Positions 20,421 to 30,456 of a stretch of DNA of 64,000 nucleotides are shown one piece after another (the stretch's first letter is position 1; every line of letters begins with the position of its first letter). Position numbers and translations under genes: made by a program. Origin of the DNA: an uncultured delta proteobacterium (lineage in GTDB: Bacteria; Myxococcota_A; Polyangia; Fen-1088); contig CAVTRY010000014.1 of the NCBI GenBank assembly GCA_963737265.1, forward strand, positions 390,714 through 454,713, in the 5' to 3' direction. The notes under the pieces were generated by a model, which worked only from the letters and a program-made list of their open reading frames with translations, searched no databases and was not told where the DNA came from.

Positions 20421-21916
20421 GATGCCACCTGTTCGAGGAGCAGGTCGTAGGACGCGAGATCGACCAGCGGTGCTTCGAGCGCGGGGACGCTCGGTGGATA
20501 GGTACTGTCCGTCGCCTGTGTGCATCTCTTCTTGGTTGCATCCGCCGTCAAGATGGTCCCATCGGCAAGCAGAGTCGTGAGCGCTTGCTCGACATCGGCT
20601 TCCATCGTGCTGGCGGCCAGGTGAAGAATGCGCAGGTATTCAACGTCGCCTTTGATTCCAGGCTTGGTCGCCTGGATCGCGTCGTATGCCCGCCTGAAAG
20701 TCACGCTTGGAAACAGCTCTTCTCGGTAGACGTAGCGAGAAAACGCGCCCGGCTTGCGCACCAAAGACCAGATGACGTGCCGGTAGTCGATGCGCGCGGT
20801 CTTGCCTCGCAGCCTGTCGCAGGCCAATTCCAAGTTGTCGGCGTAGTACACCTCGATTCGGTGCTCGAACACGCGGACTCTCACCCGTGCGCCGATCAGC
20901 CTCGACGGCACCGAGTAGGCGCACGACTTGACCCGGATGGTGCTCGTCGACGCCACAGGTGCCGTCATTTCTGCGTACTCCGGCAAACGCTCCACCACCA
21001 GCGGCCGCATGGCTTCGATCTCCTCGGCGACGCGCGGGCCTCGCGAAGCGTTGGCTTTGCGGACCACCTTGGCTACGAAGCGTTCGTAGTCGTCTTGGTC
21101 CGCGAAGTCGCGGCTGCCACGCACCAGCAACGCTTGTTCAAGCCGACGCTTGAGCGCGCCGTTGCTGGCCTCCACATCGCCGTTTTGTTCCTTGGCCCCG
21201 ACGGCTGTAGTTCGTGGCTCCATTCCGAGGTGCCGCATGACCGCCTTGTATTCATCGTTGAAAGTGCGATCTTCCGCATCGCGAGCGATCTGATGTGTCG
21301 CCGCCGTCGAGTGGTCGGTTTGGTGGTATCGCGGCACCCGCCCAAGCTGGAACAGCGCCGACTGGATCCCTCGCCGAAGCGCTGCCAGAGACTCCGACAG
21401 ACACGCGGTCGCCCATTGCCAGTTCGAGTACGGCAGCACCGTCACGCACAAAAGGTGCACAAATAGCTGGCCCACGATCGTCACACCAAGCTCCGCCGTC
21501 GACGTGAAGTCGGTTTGCGCGGCTTCACCGGGCCGATGCGCCTGCGTGAACCAAATCTCACGCGCAGGACCATGCTCGGCCCGCCAGCGACGGATTCGCC
21601 GCTGCATTGTCCGAAGATGGCTCTCGTTGTACCGCCCTGGCTGCTTCGCCTCCAGCAGCTCCAGCACCGTCTGAGCCTCCAGCCCAGGCGTTTCCTCCAG
21701 CAACTTGGCCACGGCTGGCCAGTCCTCGGCGAACGCGTCAGGGCGCGTCCGCCACCACCGCGGCTGCCGTAGCTCCGACGGTAGCTTGCCCGCGGCGATG
21801 TATCGCCGCCCTGTCTTCCGGTCCATGCCCGCCTTCATGGCGGCCTGGCCTACTTTTCCAATCTTGCTCATCTCTTCCATCAAACGCCTCACTTGGGCGT
21901 CGGTGACCGGCTTCAA
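20417..21916 (-). CDS. istA: IS21 transposase IstA
   Basis: Identical protein to 1100-2599. Confidence 0.95.
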   Translation of the reverse strand: MKPVTDAQVRRLMEEMSKIGKVGQAAMKAGMDRKTGRRYIAAGKLPSELRQPRWWRTRPDAFAEDWPAVAKLLEETPGLEAQTVLELLEAKQPGRYNESHLRTMQRRIRRWRAEHGPAREIWFTQAHRPGEAAQTDFTSTAELGVTIVGQLFVHLLCVTVLPYSNWQWATACLSESLAALRRGIQSALFQLGRVPRYHQTDHSTAATHQIARDAEDRTFNDEYKAVMRHLGMEPRTTAVGAKEQNGDVEASNGALKRRLEQALLVRGSRDFADQDDYERFVAKVVRKANASRGPRVAEEIEAMRPLVVERLPEYAEMTAPVASTSTIRVKSCAYSVPSRLIGARVRVRVFEHRIEVYYADNLELACDRLRGKTARIDYRHVIWSLVRKPGAFSRYVYREELFPSVTFRRAYDAIQATKPGIKGDVEYLRILHLAASTMEADVEQALTTLLADGTILTADATKKRCTQATDSTYPPSVPALEAPLVDLASYDLLLEQVAS

Positions 21917-22742
21917 AGGTGCCTCCTGCCCGCTTGCGGGCTTGGAGGTCTACCTCACGGTCACCGTCGCGCCTCAAAGCGGGGCGACGTAGCTGTCGTC
22001 TTTGGGGAGATGTAATTGTCGCTCAGCATGCGTAGGGCGGTCACCATCAGAGCGGCTCTCTTTGGATGGACCACGTGAACATGCCGGACCAGGAATTCAC
22101 CCGCATCCTGGGGCCCGAGCGCATTGAGGTGCACCTTCCTGCCATCGAACCGCTCCGCGAGGAACGAGCGGACAATGGGCAGGTAGCTGATCCGAGTCGA
22201 GACGGACAGGCCACGGTCTACCAACAGATACCGGCCGAATTCGCTCACGATCCGCCCGATCGCAGTGTCATCGACCTTAGTTGGGGCTGGCGGGGCCAGG
22301 CCGGCAGAACGGACCTGTTCAAGTAGAACACGCAGTGTCGCCGCGTCCCCACGCCGGGGCGAGCAAGGATGGCCCTGGACGAAGCGGACTACGACTTGCT
22401 CGTCGACCTCACCGATAGCGAGTCCTCGCCGTCCAAGCCACTGTCCGAATTTCGCTGCCACGCGCACCTTCAGCGCCACGGTGGCGGGCGAATATCCCTT
22501 CTCGGTGAGCGTCGCCGCAAACGTGTCCAGGTGCGGACCCAAGGGGCCGCTACGCAGTCGTTGCCATTCCACAAAGTCGTCGTGCATCCGGGGCATGTGT
22601 CCTCCTTCGGCCCAGTAGCCAGAAAGAGACGACGACGCCCTGGTTATGCCGAGTCTGCAAGCCCATCTGCCGAAGGAATCTCCGATGATCGAGCGAGATC
22701 GAAAGACTCACTCGGCATAACCGGGCACTCGGCATAATGCCT

Positions 22743-22900
22743 CAGCCGATGGGTGCAGAGCCGCTCCGACAGCGGCAGATCGCCGCCGATCTTGGTCAGA
22801 GTCGATTGGTAGGTGGTCGTGGCAATCGGTCGACCGCGTGCGCCCTGGACCAGGTAGGGATGGTCCTGGCGGGCCCGACGTTGCAGCTCGGTCACTGCCG
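22743..22900 (-). pseudogene. Middle fragment of the RIT-interrupted integrase
   Basis: ...LPLSERLCTHRLRH abuts the RIT end. Confidence 0.75.
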
Positions 22901-22904
22901 CCAG

Positions 22905-23030
22905 AGCGGCGTTCTCGAAGGGGTCGAAACCCGCGGACTCTCACGTTGCACGGTCGAAGCCTACGCGCATGACTTGGCCCTGGTGCACCGATGGCTTTTC
23001 GCCTCGGGACAAAAACTCGCGGAGCTTCCG
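22905..23030 (+). pseudogene. Integrase N-terminal (SAM-like) fragment
   Basis: ETRGLSRCTVEAYAHDLALVHRWL. Confidence 0.6.
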
Positions 23031-23132
23031 CTGAGGCGCTTTTGAGGAAGAGTCCGGGTCTGCTCTGCAGAAGTAGTCCACCCTCGACCTGATCGGTGGT
23101 GGCAGCGGAGGTGGCGAGGCGGGCGGGTTCCG

Positions 23133-23579
23133 GTGAGCGTGGCCGCGATGTGCACGCGGCTCAAGAAACGGCCATGCCGGATTTGTGGGAAGTGGTTCTG
23201 GCCTGACCCACGGGTCGGGCAGCGACAGCGGACGTGCACGGCGAAGGAATGCCAGTGCAAGCGCCGGGCGTGGACGCAGGCAGCGTGGCGTGGTGCGAAC
23301 CCGGAGTACGCCATCGCGTACCGGCTGCAAAAGCGGGCAGCGGCGCCGGAAAGGGAGCGCTCGGAAGCGCGTCATCCACCGCCCTTGGATCGACTGCCCT
23401 GGGACCTGGCGAAAGACGAGTTCAAGGCGCAAGGCCGCGATTTTCTTGAGGTATTGGCGCGAGTCCTCCTGGCTGGCATGAAAGACGAGATGCGAGCCCA
23501 AGTAGCCGTAATCACGCATGAATTCCGAGGACACCCCCCTTTGGTACCGAAAGACCAGACCGGGACTGCGGCAGTGTAG
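23133..23579 (+). CDS. Zn-finger protein
   Basis: CRICGKWFWPDPRVGQRQRTCTAKEC. Confidence 0.7.
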   Translation: MSVAAMCTRLKKRPCRICGKWFWPDPRVGQRQRTCTAKECQCKRRAWTQAAWRGANPEYAIAYRLQKRAAAPERERSEARHPPPLDRLPWDLAKDEFKAQGRDFLEVLARVLLAGMKDEMRAQVAVITHEFRGHPPLVPKDQTGTAAV

Positions 23580-23586
23580 CCGGGCG

Positions 23587-24504
23587 ATGGAGGTTGAATT
23601 TCAACATCTGGATTTGCGCTACGAGCGGCTGCGCAAGCACCACCCTGCGCGCGAGCGGCAGTTGCTCGGATCGCTGGCCGACCACGGGCAGCAGGTGCCT
23701 ATCGTGGTGGTGCGTGGCCCGGGCGAGATGCGTGTGGTGATCGATGGGTACAAGCGGGTGCGGGCGCTACAGCGGCTGGCGCGGGACACGGTGTGCGCGA
23801 CGGAATGGTCGGTGTCGGAGCCAGAGGCGCTGATCGTGGAGCGGGTGATGCGTGCCACGAGCGGCGAGGACGCGCTGGAGCAAGGCTGGCTTCTGCGCGA
23901 ACTGGTCGATCGATTTGGGCTCGGCCAGGAGGAGTTGAGCCGGCGCTTCGACAAGAGCAAGAGCTGGGTGAGCCGGCGGCTAGCGCTGGTCGCGGCTTTA
24001 CCGACGGCGATCCAGGACACCGTACGCCAGGGGAAACTGGCGGCACACGCTGCGATGAAGTACTTCGTGCCGTTGGCGCGCGCCAACGAAGAAGTGGCGG
24101 TGTCTCTGGCGGCAAAAGCGGCGACGCTGCGACTGAGCACGCGGCAGGTGGGCGCCTTGTACGTGGGCTATGTCTCTGGAAGCGCGCGAACACGCGAGCT
24201 GGTGTTGCAAGACCCGCGGATCTTTCTGCGCGTGCAACAGGAGGCACAGCAGAAGAAGGACGCGCCCCAGGGGCCGGTCAAGGAGATTGAAGGCGAATTG
24301 GGTGCGCTGGGCGGGATTGCCCGCCGACTGCACCGGAAGCTGCAACAGGGGCTGTGGCGCAATCTGGATCCCTGCGAGCACGAGGAAATCAGGTCGCATG
24401 TGCAGCGGGCGCGTGCGGATGTGCAGACGTGCCTGGCGAATTTCGACGAGGAGCAAAGTGATGCTGGACCAGAACACGCGAACGTCGATTCTCAAGCTTC
24501 GTGA
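23587..24504 (+). CDS. ParB/Spo0J-like protein
   Basis: SLADHGQQVPIVV...VIDGYKRVRA (ParB N-domain) plus HTH QEELSRRFDKSKSWVSRRL. Confidence 0.85.
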   Translation: MEVEFQHLDLRYERLRKHHPARERQLLGSLADHGQQVPIVVVRGPGEMRVVIDGYKRVRALQRLARDTVCATEWSVSEPEALIVERVMRATSGEDALEQGWLLRELVDRFGLGQEELSRRFDKSKSWVSRRLALVAALPTAIQDTVRQGKLAAHAAMKYFVPLARANEEVAVSLAAKAATLRLSTRQVGALYVGYVSGSARTRELVLQDPRIFLRVQQEAQQKKDAPQGPVKEIEGELGALGGIARRLHRKLQQGLWRNLDPCEHEEIRSHVQRARADVQTCLANFDEEQSDAGPEHANVDSQAS

Positions 24505-25891
24505 AAAGGGGCACGGCACGCGCAAGATCGCCCGTGCGCTCGGGGTCTCGCGAAAAGCGGTGTGCCGGGTGATCGAAAGTGGAGACGCGGCCGTGCCCAT
24601 GATCGAGCGACGAGAGCTGGCCGAGCCCTACCGGGAGCAAATTCTAGAACTGCACGCCGCATGCAAAGGACATCTGGGGCGGGTCCACGAGGAGCTGGTG
24701 AAACAGGGCGCGACCTTATCGTACCAGGCCCTGACGGGATTCTGCCGTCGCCACGGGATTGGGTACGAGGCGCCGTTGCCGGCTGGGCGCTACGAATTCG
24801 CACCTGGGGAAGAAATGCAGCACGACACTTCACCCCACCGGGCGAAGATGAAAGGCGTGCTGGTCGAAGTAGAGACGGCATCGCTGGTGCTGTGCTACTC
24901 GCGCATGCTGTATTTCCAGATGTATCCGCGCTTTCGGCGCTTCGAGTGCAAGGTCTTTCTGACCGACGCGCTCGGGTATTTTGGCGGCGCCGCCGGCCGG
25001 TGCATGATCGACAATACGCATGTGGTGGTGCTCAAGGGGACGGGCAAGACCATGGTGCCGGTGCCGGAGATGGTGGCTTTGGGCCAGCGCTTTGGCTTTG
25101 TCTTCGCGGCCCACGAGGTGGGTGATGCCAATCGCTCGGCCCGTGTCGAGGGGCCGTTCAACTGGATCGAAAACAATTTTCTCAACAACCGCGACTTCAA
25201 CGACTGGGAGCACCTGAACCGGGAAGCCACCGCCTGGTGTGACAAGGCCAACGCCACCCACAGCAGCAAGCTGCACGGAACCCGGCGCGAGCTCTTCGCG
25301 GTGGAGCAGCCTCGACTGCGACCGCTGCCCATCTTCGTCCCCGAGGTGTACCAGTTGCAGCACCGCTTTGTGGATGTGGAGGGCTACGTGCGCATCAACC
25401 GCATTCGCTACTCCGCCCCGTACCAGCTCATTGGCCGGCTTCTGGAAGTGCGCGAATTGAAAGATCGGGTCGATGTCTACGATGGCCCTCGGTTAGTGGC
25501 CACGCACCGTCGGGTCCACGGTCCCCTGGATATCCGCGTGACCGATCCGGCGCACCGGCCGGAACGAGGCAGGCTAAAACCCGCCGCGGGACCGCCACCC
25601 GAAGAAACCGCGATCCTTTCACGCGAGCCAAGGCTCTCCGCCTACGTGGCCGCATGCAAGCAACACGTCGGCGGCCGTGGTGTCCTGGTGTTGCGACGGC
25701 TGCTAGGCATGCTGCGCGAGTACCCGCGCGAGCCCTTGCTCGCGGCTGTCGAACGCGCCCAGCAGTACGGCCTCTATGACCTGGGCCGGCTCGAACGCCT
25801 GGTGCTCGAACAGATCCGGCGTGACTACTTCGTGATGGACGGCCTGTTGCCCGGTGAGAACGACGACGAGGAGAACGACGATGACCGATGA
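24461..25891 (+). CDS. istA: IstA-like transposase
   Basis: HTH TRKIARALGVSRKAV; PGEEMQHD, CMIDNT, ARVE, YSAP. Confidence 0.9.
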   Translation: MLDQNTRTSILKLREKGHGTRKIARALGVSRKAVCRVIESGDAAVPMIERRELAEPYREQILELHAACKGHLGRVHEELVKQGATLSYQALTGFCRRHGIGYEAPLPAGRYEFAPGEEMQHDTSPHRAKMKGVLVEVETASLVLCYSRMLYFQMYPRFRRFECKVFLTDALGYFGGAAGRCMIDNTHVVVLKGTGKTMVPVPEMVALGQRFGFVFAAHEVGDANRSARVEGPFNWIENNFLNNRDFNDWEHLNREATAWCDKANATHSSKLHGTRRELFAVEQPRLRPLPIFVPEVYQLQHRFVDVEGYVRINRIRYSAPYQLIGRLLEVRELKDRVDVYDGPRLVATHRRVHGPLDIRVTDPAHRPERGRLKPAAGPPPEETAILSREPRLSAYVAACKQHVGGRGVLVLRRLLGMLREYPREPLLAAVERAQQYGLYDLGRLERLVLEQIRRDYFVMDGLLPGENDDEENDDDR

Positions 25892-26609
25892 CCTCGACCA
25901 ACTGCTCAAGCTGCTGCGCCTCAAGGGGATGTCCGAGATCCTCGACGAGGAAATGCGCAAGGCCGACAAAGAAAGCATGCCCTTTCGCAAGCTGCTGGCG
26001 CGTCTGCTGCGCGCCGAGTGGCAGCACCGGCAAGAGAGCGCGCTGGCCTGGAGGATCAAACACGCGGCCATGCCCGAGAAGTGGAGCATCGAGTCCTTCC
26101 CCTGGAAGAGCCAGCCTGGCGTCAACCAGCGGCAGATCCGCACCTTCGCTGACCTGGACTTCATCCCCAAGGCTGAAAACATCGTGCTCATTGGTCCGAC
26201 CGGCGTGGGTAAGACCGGGCTGGCGTGTGGTCTTCTGCTCAAGGCTCTGCACAATGGCCATCGCGGCGTCTTCGTGCGCGCGCAAGATCTCTTCGACGAG
26301 ATGTACGCATCCCTGGCCGACCGCTCGACGCGCAAGCTGCTCAAGTACCTGGCGCGCATTGATGTATTGCTGATTGATGAAATGGGCTATTTGAACGTGA
26401 AGCCCGAGCAAGCCAACATCTTCTTCAAGTTGATGGAAGAACGGTACCGTCGCTTTCCAACCATCATCACCACCAATCTTGATTACGACGATTGGTACAG
26501 CTTCCTGGGCAATAAGCCCCTGGTCGAAGCACTGCTCAGCCGCTTGCGCCACCAGTGCCACACGGTGAAGATCGACGGCCCCTCCCTGCGCACGCCGGCC
26601 GCCCCCTGA
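25881..26609 (+). CDS. istB: IstB ATPase
   Basis: GPTGVGKT, LIDEMGY, IITTNL. Confidence 0.9.
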   Translation: MTDDLDQLLKLLRLKGMSEILDEEMRKADKESMPFRKLLARLLRAEWQHRQESALAWRIKHAAMPEKWSIESFPWKSQPGVNQRQIRTFADLDFIPKAENIVLIGPTGVGKTGLACGLLLKALHNGHRGVFVRAQDLFDEMYASLADRSTRKLLKYLARIDVLLIDEMGYLNVKPEQANIFFKLMEERYRRFPTIITTNLDYDDWYSFLGNKPLVEALLSRLRHQCHTVKIDGPSLRTPAAP

Positions 26610-26634
26610 CCTCGATCCCGAGAGCACCGCAGCC

Positions 26635-26847
26635 ATGAGCCCCAGAACACTGCCGCACATCGTCTCCTTCGCCATCCCCGCCATCGAGCCACGCCAGGCC
26701 GAGGCACTCATGGACCTGCTCGGACAACTACAGGCCGCACTGTGGGATGCATACGGTGAAGCCATCCTCGCAACCGCGGACGACCCTCTCCAAGACATCG
26801 ACCAAGACGAGCCCACGTCAGATCCCGGCGACGCCTCGCCTTTCTGA
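26635..26847 (+). CDS. Small accessory protein (ALWDAYGEAI core, DASPF tail)
   Basis: Homologous to 14740-14958. Confidence 0.7.
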   Translation: MSPRTLPHIVSFAIPAIEPRQAEALMDLLGQLQAALWDAYGEAILATADDPLQDIDQDEPTSDPGDASPF

Positions 26848-27226
26848 CCCGCCCTTGTCCCGCCATCGCTTGGCTGGGTGACAACCGCTGGCCTCGCCAC
26901 GCGCCGTCGCTGCGTCCGTCTTTCACGTCCACGTGTCCATTCCCGGCCGCGATCGCAGTACCGATCTCTGTTTCGCCCAGGGCCTCTTTCTGCGGAACGA
27001 GACTGGCCTCCTCCTGCGGAGCGGCTCAGAGCTTCCGGTCAGCTACGCCAATTTTCCTCCCCAAAGACCTCAGCGATCCTGGCGATCCTTCCCTCAACCA
27101 AGGATGCCCAAAACGGCCATCGAGACCCCAATAGGCCACATAAATGTCAACTACATGGACCTACATGTCGAGCTGGTTAAGCTATCCCTATACCCGGCGG
27201 GGCACACCCGTGCCGAGAAAGATTTT

Positions 27227-27728
27227 CTCCTGGCCCGACTCCTGGCCGCCACCGCCGGAGCCTCCCCAGCCGGCCCCGCGCACAAGCGGGCGCCTGTGCG
27301 CATCGTGCTCGACCCCGACGCCACGCCCATGGCCAAGGGCAAGCTATGCGGCCAGCAACGCAGGGCAGTCGACTCCATCCCGAGCTGGTCGACGTGCCGT
27401 CAGTTCAGCCAGTCTTCGCCCTCGGGCCCCGCGCTCCGGGGTCCGATCCCAGGGTCGTGTGCCGCGCGGCGCGCGAGCGCCCGCGCGGCGCGCGAGCGCC
27501 ACGTTGGTCAGCGGTGCGGCGAGGTCACTGACGAGCCGTCGACAAGGGCGGCGGGATGGAGCAGACTGCCCTGCGTGGTAGAGAAAGCCCCATCAGGCCC
27601 CCAAAACCCGATTAAGCGCGCTGCGCCAACGCAATCGCGTCCGCGCTGATGCGGTCCAGCAGGGTTCTCAGACGCTCAGAAAAAACGCTTCGAAATGCCT
27701 ATGGGCACGCTTCGAAATGCCTATGGGC
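27227..27728 (+). mobile_element. Scrambled IS91-like remnant with a duplicated oriIS-like end
   Basis: LLARLLAATAGASPAGPAHKR fragment, an inverted 3' piece, then the terminal block. Confidence 0.75.
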
Positions 27729-27729
27729 C

Positions 27730-28560
<831 letters not shown>

Positions 28561-28594
28561 TAGTCATGGCCCGCGGATTGCAGCTTCCACTGGC

Positions 28595-29014
28595 ATGCGA
28601 TTTACGATTGGCCCAGCGTTATTTCTCGCCACCTGCGCGCTCGCGCAACTTCCCGCTTGTGGGGGTGGATGCTACGCCACACAGCAAAACTTCCTCGTCA
28701 CGCCGGCAGAGAGCTGTATTCAGCCAGTACTCGACGTCTGCCAAGCCCAAGGTGGATGGCTGACACTGCAAAACAACTGCTCCGATAATCTGACCATCCT
28801 CAATCCCCTTGGAGACGCTGGAGCCCCAAATATCGGCGTCCCCGATGCTGGTGGTGCGGATGCCTTCCCTACCGACGTGGTGATTGCTCACGGCACGAAG
28901 GTCCAGTTCGATGCAAGTCCATTCTCCAAGACATCGGAGAGCGGTAGCCGCTACGTGACGATTCCCGCTGTTCTGGGCGCGACATCGATCACGATCACCT
29001 ACGTAGTAAATTAG
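28595..29014 (+). CDS. Putative lipoprotein
   Basis: Signal peptide, LPACGGG, Cys-rich body. Confidence 0.6.
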   Translation: MRFTIGPALFLATCALAQLPACGGGCYATQQNFLVTPAESCIQPVLDVCQAQGGWLTLQNNCSDNLTILNPLGDAGAPNIGVPDAGGADAFPTDVVIAHGTKVQFDASPFSKTSESGSRYVTIPAVLGATSITITYVVN

Positions 29015-29149
29015 GCGGGGTCAGGCCCAGGGTCAGGCCCATGGGTCAGGCCCTGCCATCAGGACTCGGACAATGCCTATTGCCGCTATTGAGCACCCTG
29101 GCACTCGCCCATTGCCCGTGAAACGTTTGCGCGCCTGCATGCGCTAGGA

Positions 29150-30421
29150 ATGCATGGACTCGGCCCGCCTGGATTGTCAACAATGAGGAATGCCATGAAC
29201 AATCAATTGATAGACTCTGCTCGATTCGCCTCTCACTTGTTGCTCGGTCTCGCCCTCACCCTCGGTTGCACCCAGACCGATTCCCTCGGCAATGGTGGCC
29301 GGGACAACAGCGCTAAGGATGCTTGGGTCGCCGACGGCCCTCTGCAATCACACGACACAGGTGGCGCTGCCAGCCTGGGCGGCGCGGGGGCTGGCGGGAC
29401 GGCAAGCAGCACGGGTGGTATCGCTGGCCTGGGCGGCGCTGTCACCGGTGGCAGTGGCGCGAACACTGGCGGGACGGCAAGCGGCACGGGTGGTGTCGCT
29501 GGCCAGGGCGGCGCTATCACCGGGGGCGGTAGCGCGAACACTGGCGGGACGGCAGGCGGCACGGGTGGTGCCACCGGCGCGGTTTCCTGCCAGGAAAGTC
29601 CAGCCACGGGCCAGCACTGCACATCCCTGCCGGCGGGAAAGGTCTGTCGTCTAGGCGCCAGCTGCCTCGGTGGCTGCGCGCCGGACTGCTCTTGCACAGA
29701 CGGGTACTGGAGTTGTGAGAGCGTCTGCCGCGACTGCCACCTCAATGCCGACGCTGCCGTGAGCTCACCTTGGTCAGCCGCGCCGCTTCTGTGCGAGGTG
29801 TTCTGTGACTACCAGCCTCCCACGCTCGACGCTGGCGTCGACGCCCCAGCCATGGATGCGCCGGCTGATAGAATGGCTTGCGCCGGTTCCAGCCCGGCCG
29901 ATGTCACGTGTCTCACCAGCCAGAACCAGTGCGTCCCCTCCAGCTGCTTCTGCCTAGGCTCGAACGACTGGACGTGCACCGCGGACTGCCGAAGCCTGCC
30001 CTTGTGCGACGGCGGCGCCGGCCCAGACGGCAAGCGGGACGCGGCAGGACCGGATGCCGTCCCGGACGTTGCGGCGGCCGAGGCCCCTGCGCTTGCCAAC
30101 TACACTTGTCGGGACGACTCCGACTGCTGCATCGTCGTGGACACGTGCATGGACGTTGCCTATCTCTACAGCAAGGCACCGGAAGCGACGGGGCCGCAGT
30201 CTTTCCCGCCCAGCACCATGTGCATTTCCTGCATCCCGCCAGCGGTCCAGGTTCGCTGTGACCTCGGGCAGTGCGTAGGCGAAAAGATCTCGACGGAAGG
30301 CGACTACAACAGCCCGCTCCGCAAGAACCACTGCGGTCAGGTCGCTCGGCCCGACGCGGGGGCGGCATCGATCTACCCGCCGTCGAACGGAGCCGCGCAA
30401 CCGACCTCGTGGGGTTGCTGA
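29150..30421 (+). CDS. Gly/Cys-rich putative lipoprotein
   Basis: LTLGC lipobox, GGT repeats, DAG linkers, Cys-rich domains. Confidence 0.75.
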   Translation: MHGLGPPGLSTMRNAMNNQLIDSARFASHLLLGLALTLGCTQTDSLGNGGRDNSAKDAWVADGPLQSHDTGGAASLGGAGAGGTASSTGGIAGLGGAVTGGSGANTGGTASGTGGVAGQGGAITGGGSANTGGTAGGTGGATGAVSCQESPATGQHCTSLPAGKVCRLGASCLGGCAPDCSCTDGYWSCESVCRDCHLNADAAVSSPWSAAPLLCEVFCDYQPPTLDAGVDAPAMDAPADRMACAGSSPADVTCLTSQNQCVPSSCFCLGSNDWTCTADCRSLPLCDGGAGPDGKRDAAGPDAVPDVAAAEAPALANYTCRDDSDCCIVVDTCMDVAYLYSKAPEATGPQSFPPSTMCISCIPPAVQVRCDLGQCVGEKISTEGDYNSPLRKNHCGQVARPDAGAASIYPPSNGAAQPTSWGC

Positions 30422-30456
30422 CCCATGGGCCGGCAATCGAAACGCACGCTTATTGG

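Larger units (their letters stand above)
19535..22028 (-). mobile_element. IS21-A copy 2
   Basis: Same ends as copy 1; 7-bp TSD TGCGTAG. Confidence 0.95.
18862..22596 (-). pseudogene. ritA: RitA tyrosine recombinase, interrupted by IS21-A and frameshifted near 19410
   Basis: N-terminus 22596-22029; C-terminus LGLRGGEV, GKGG, HILRH, VLRH..TTTIYAKVD. Confidence 0.85.
16838..22742 (-). mobile_element. RIT (recombinase-in-trio) element
   Basis: 33-bp perfect IR at 16838-16870 and 22710-22742 with TTATGCCG repeats; three tandem tyrosine recombinases. Confidence 0.9.
23031..27029 (+). mobile_element. Five-gene IS21-like element (Zn-finger, ParB-like, IstA, IstB, small ORF)
   Basis: Imperfect ~48-bp IRs CTGAGGCGCT.. 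/ ..AGCGGCTCAG; 8-bp TSD AGCTTCCG at 23023-23030 and 27030-27037. Confidence 0.85.

Noticed and set aside
23587-24504. Plasmid or chromosome partition locus
   Set aside because: No parA or rep gene and no clear parS; the gene lies inside IS ends with a TSD
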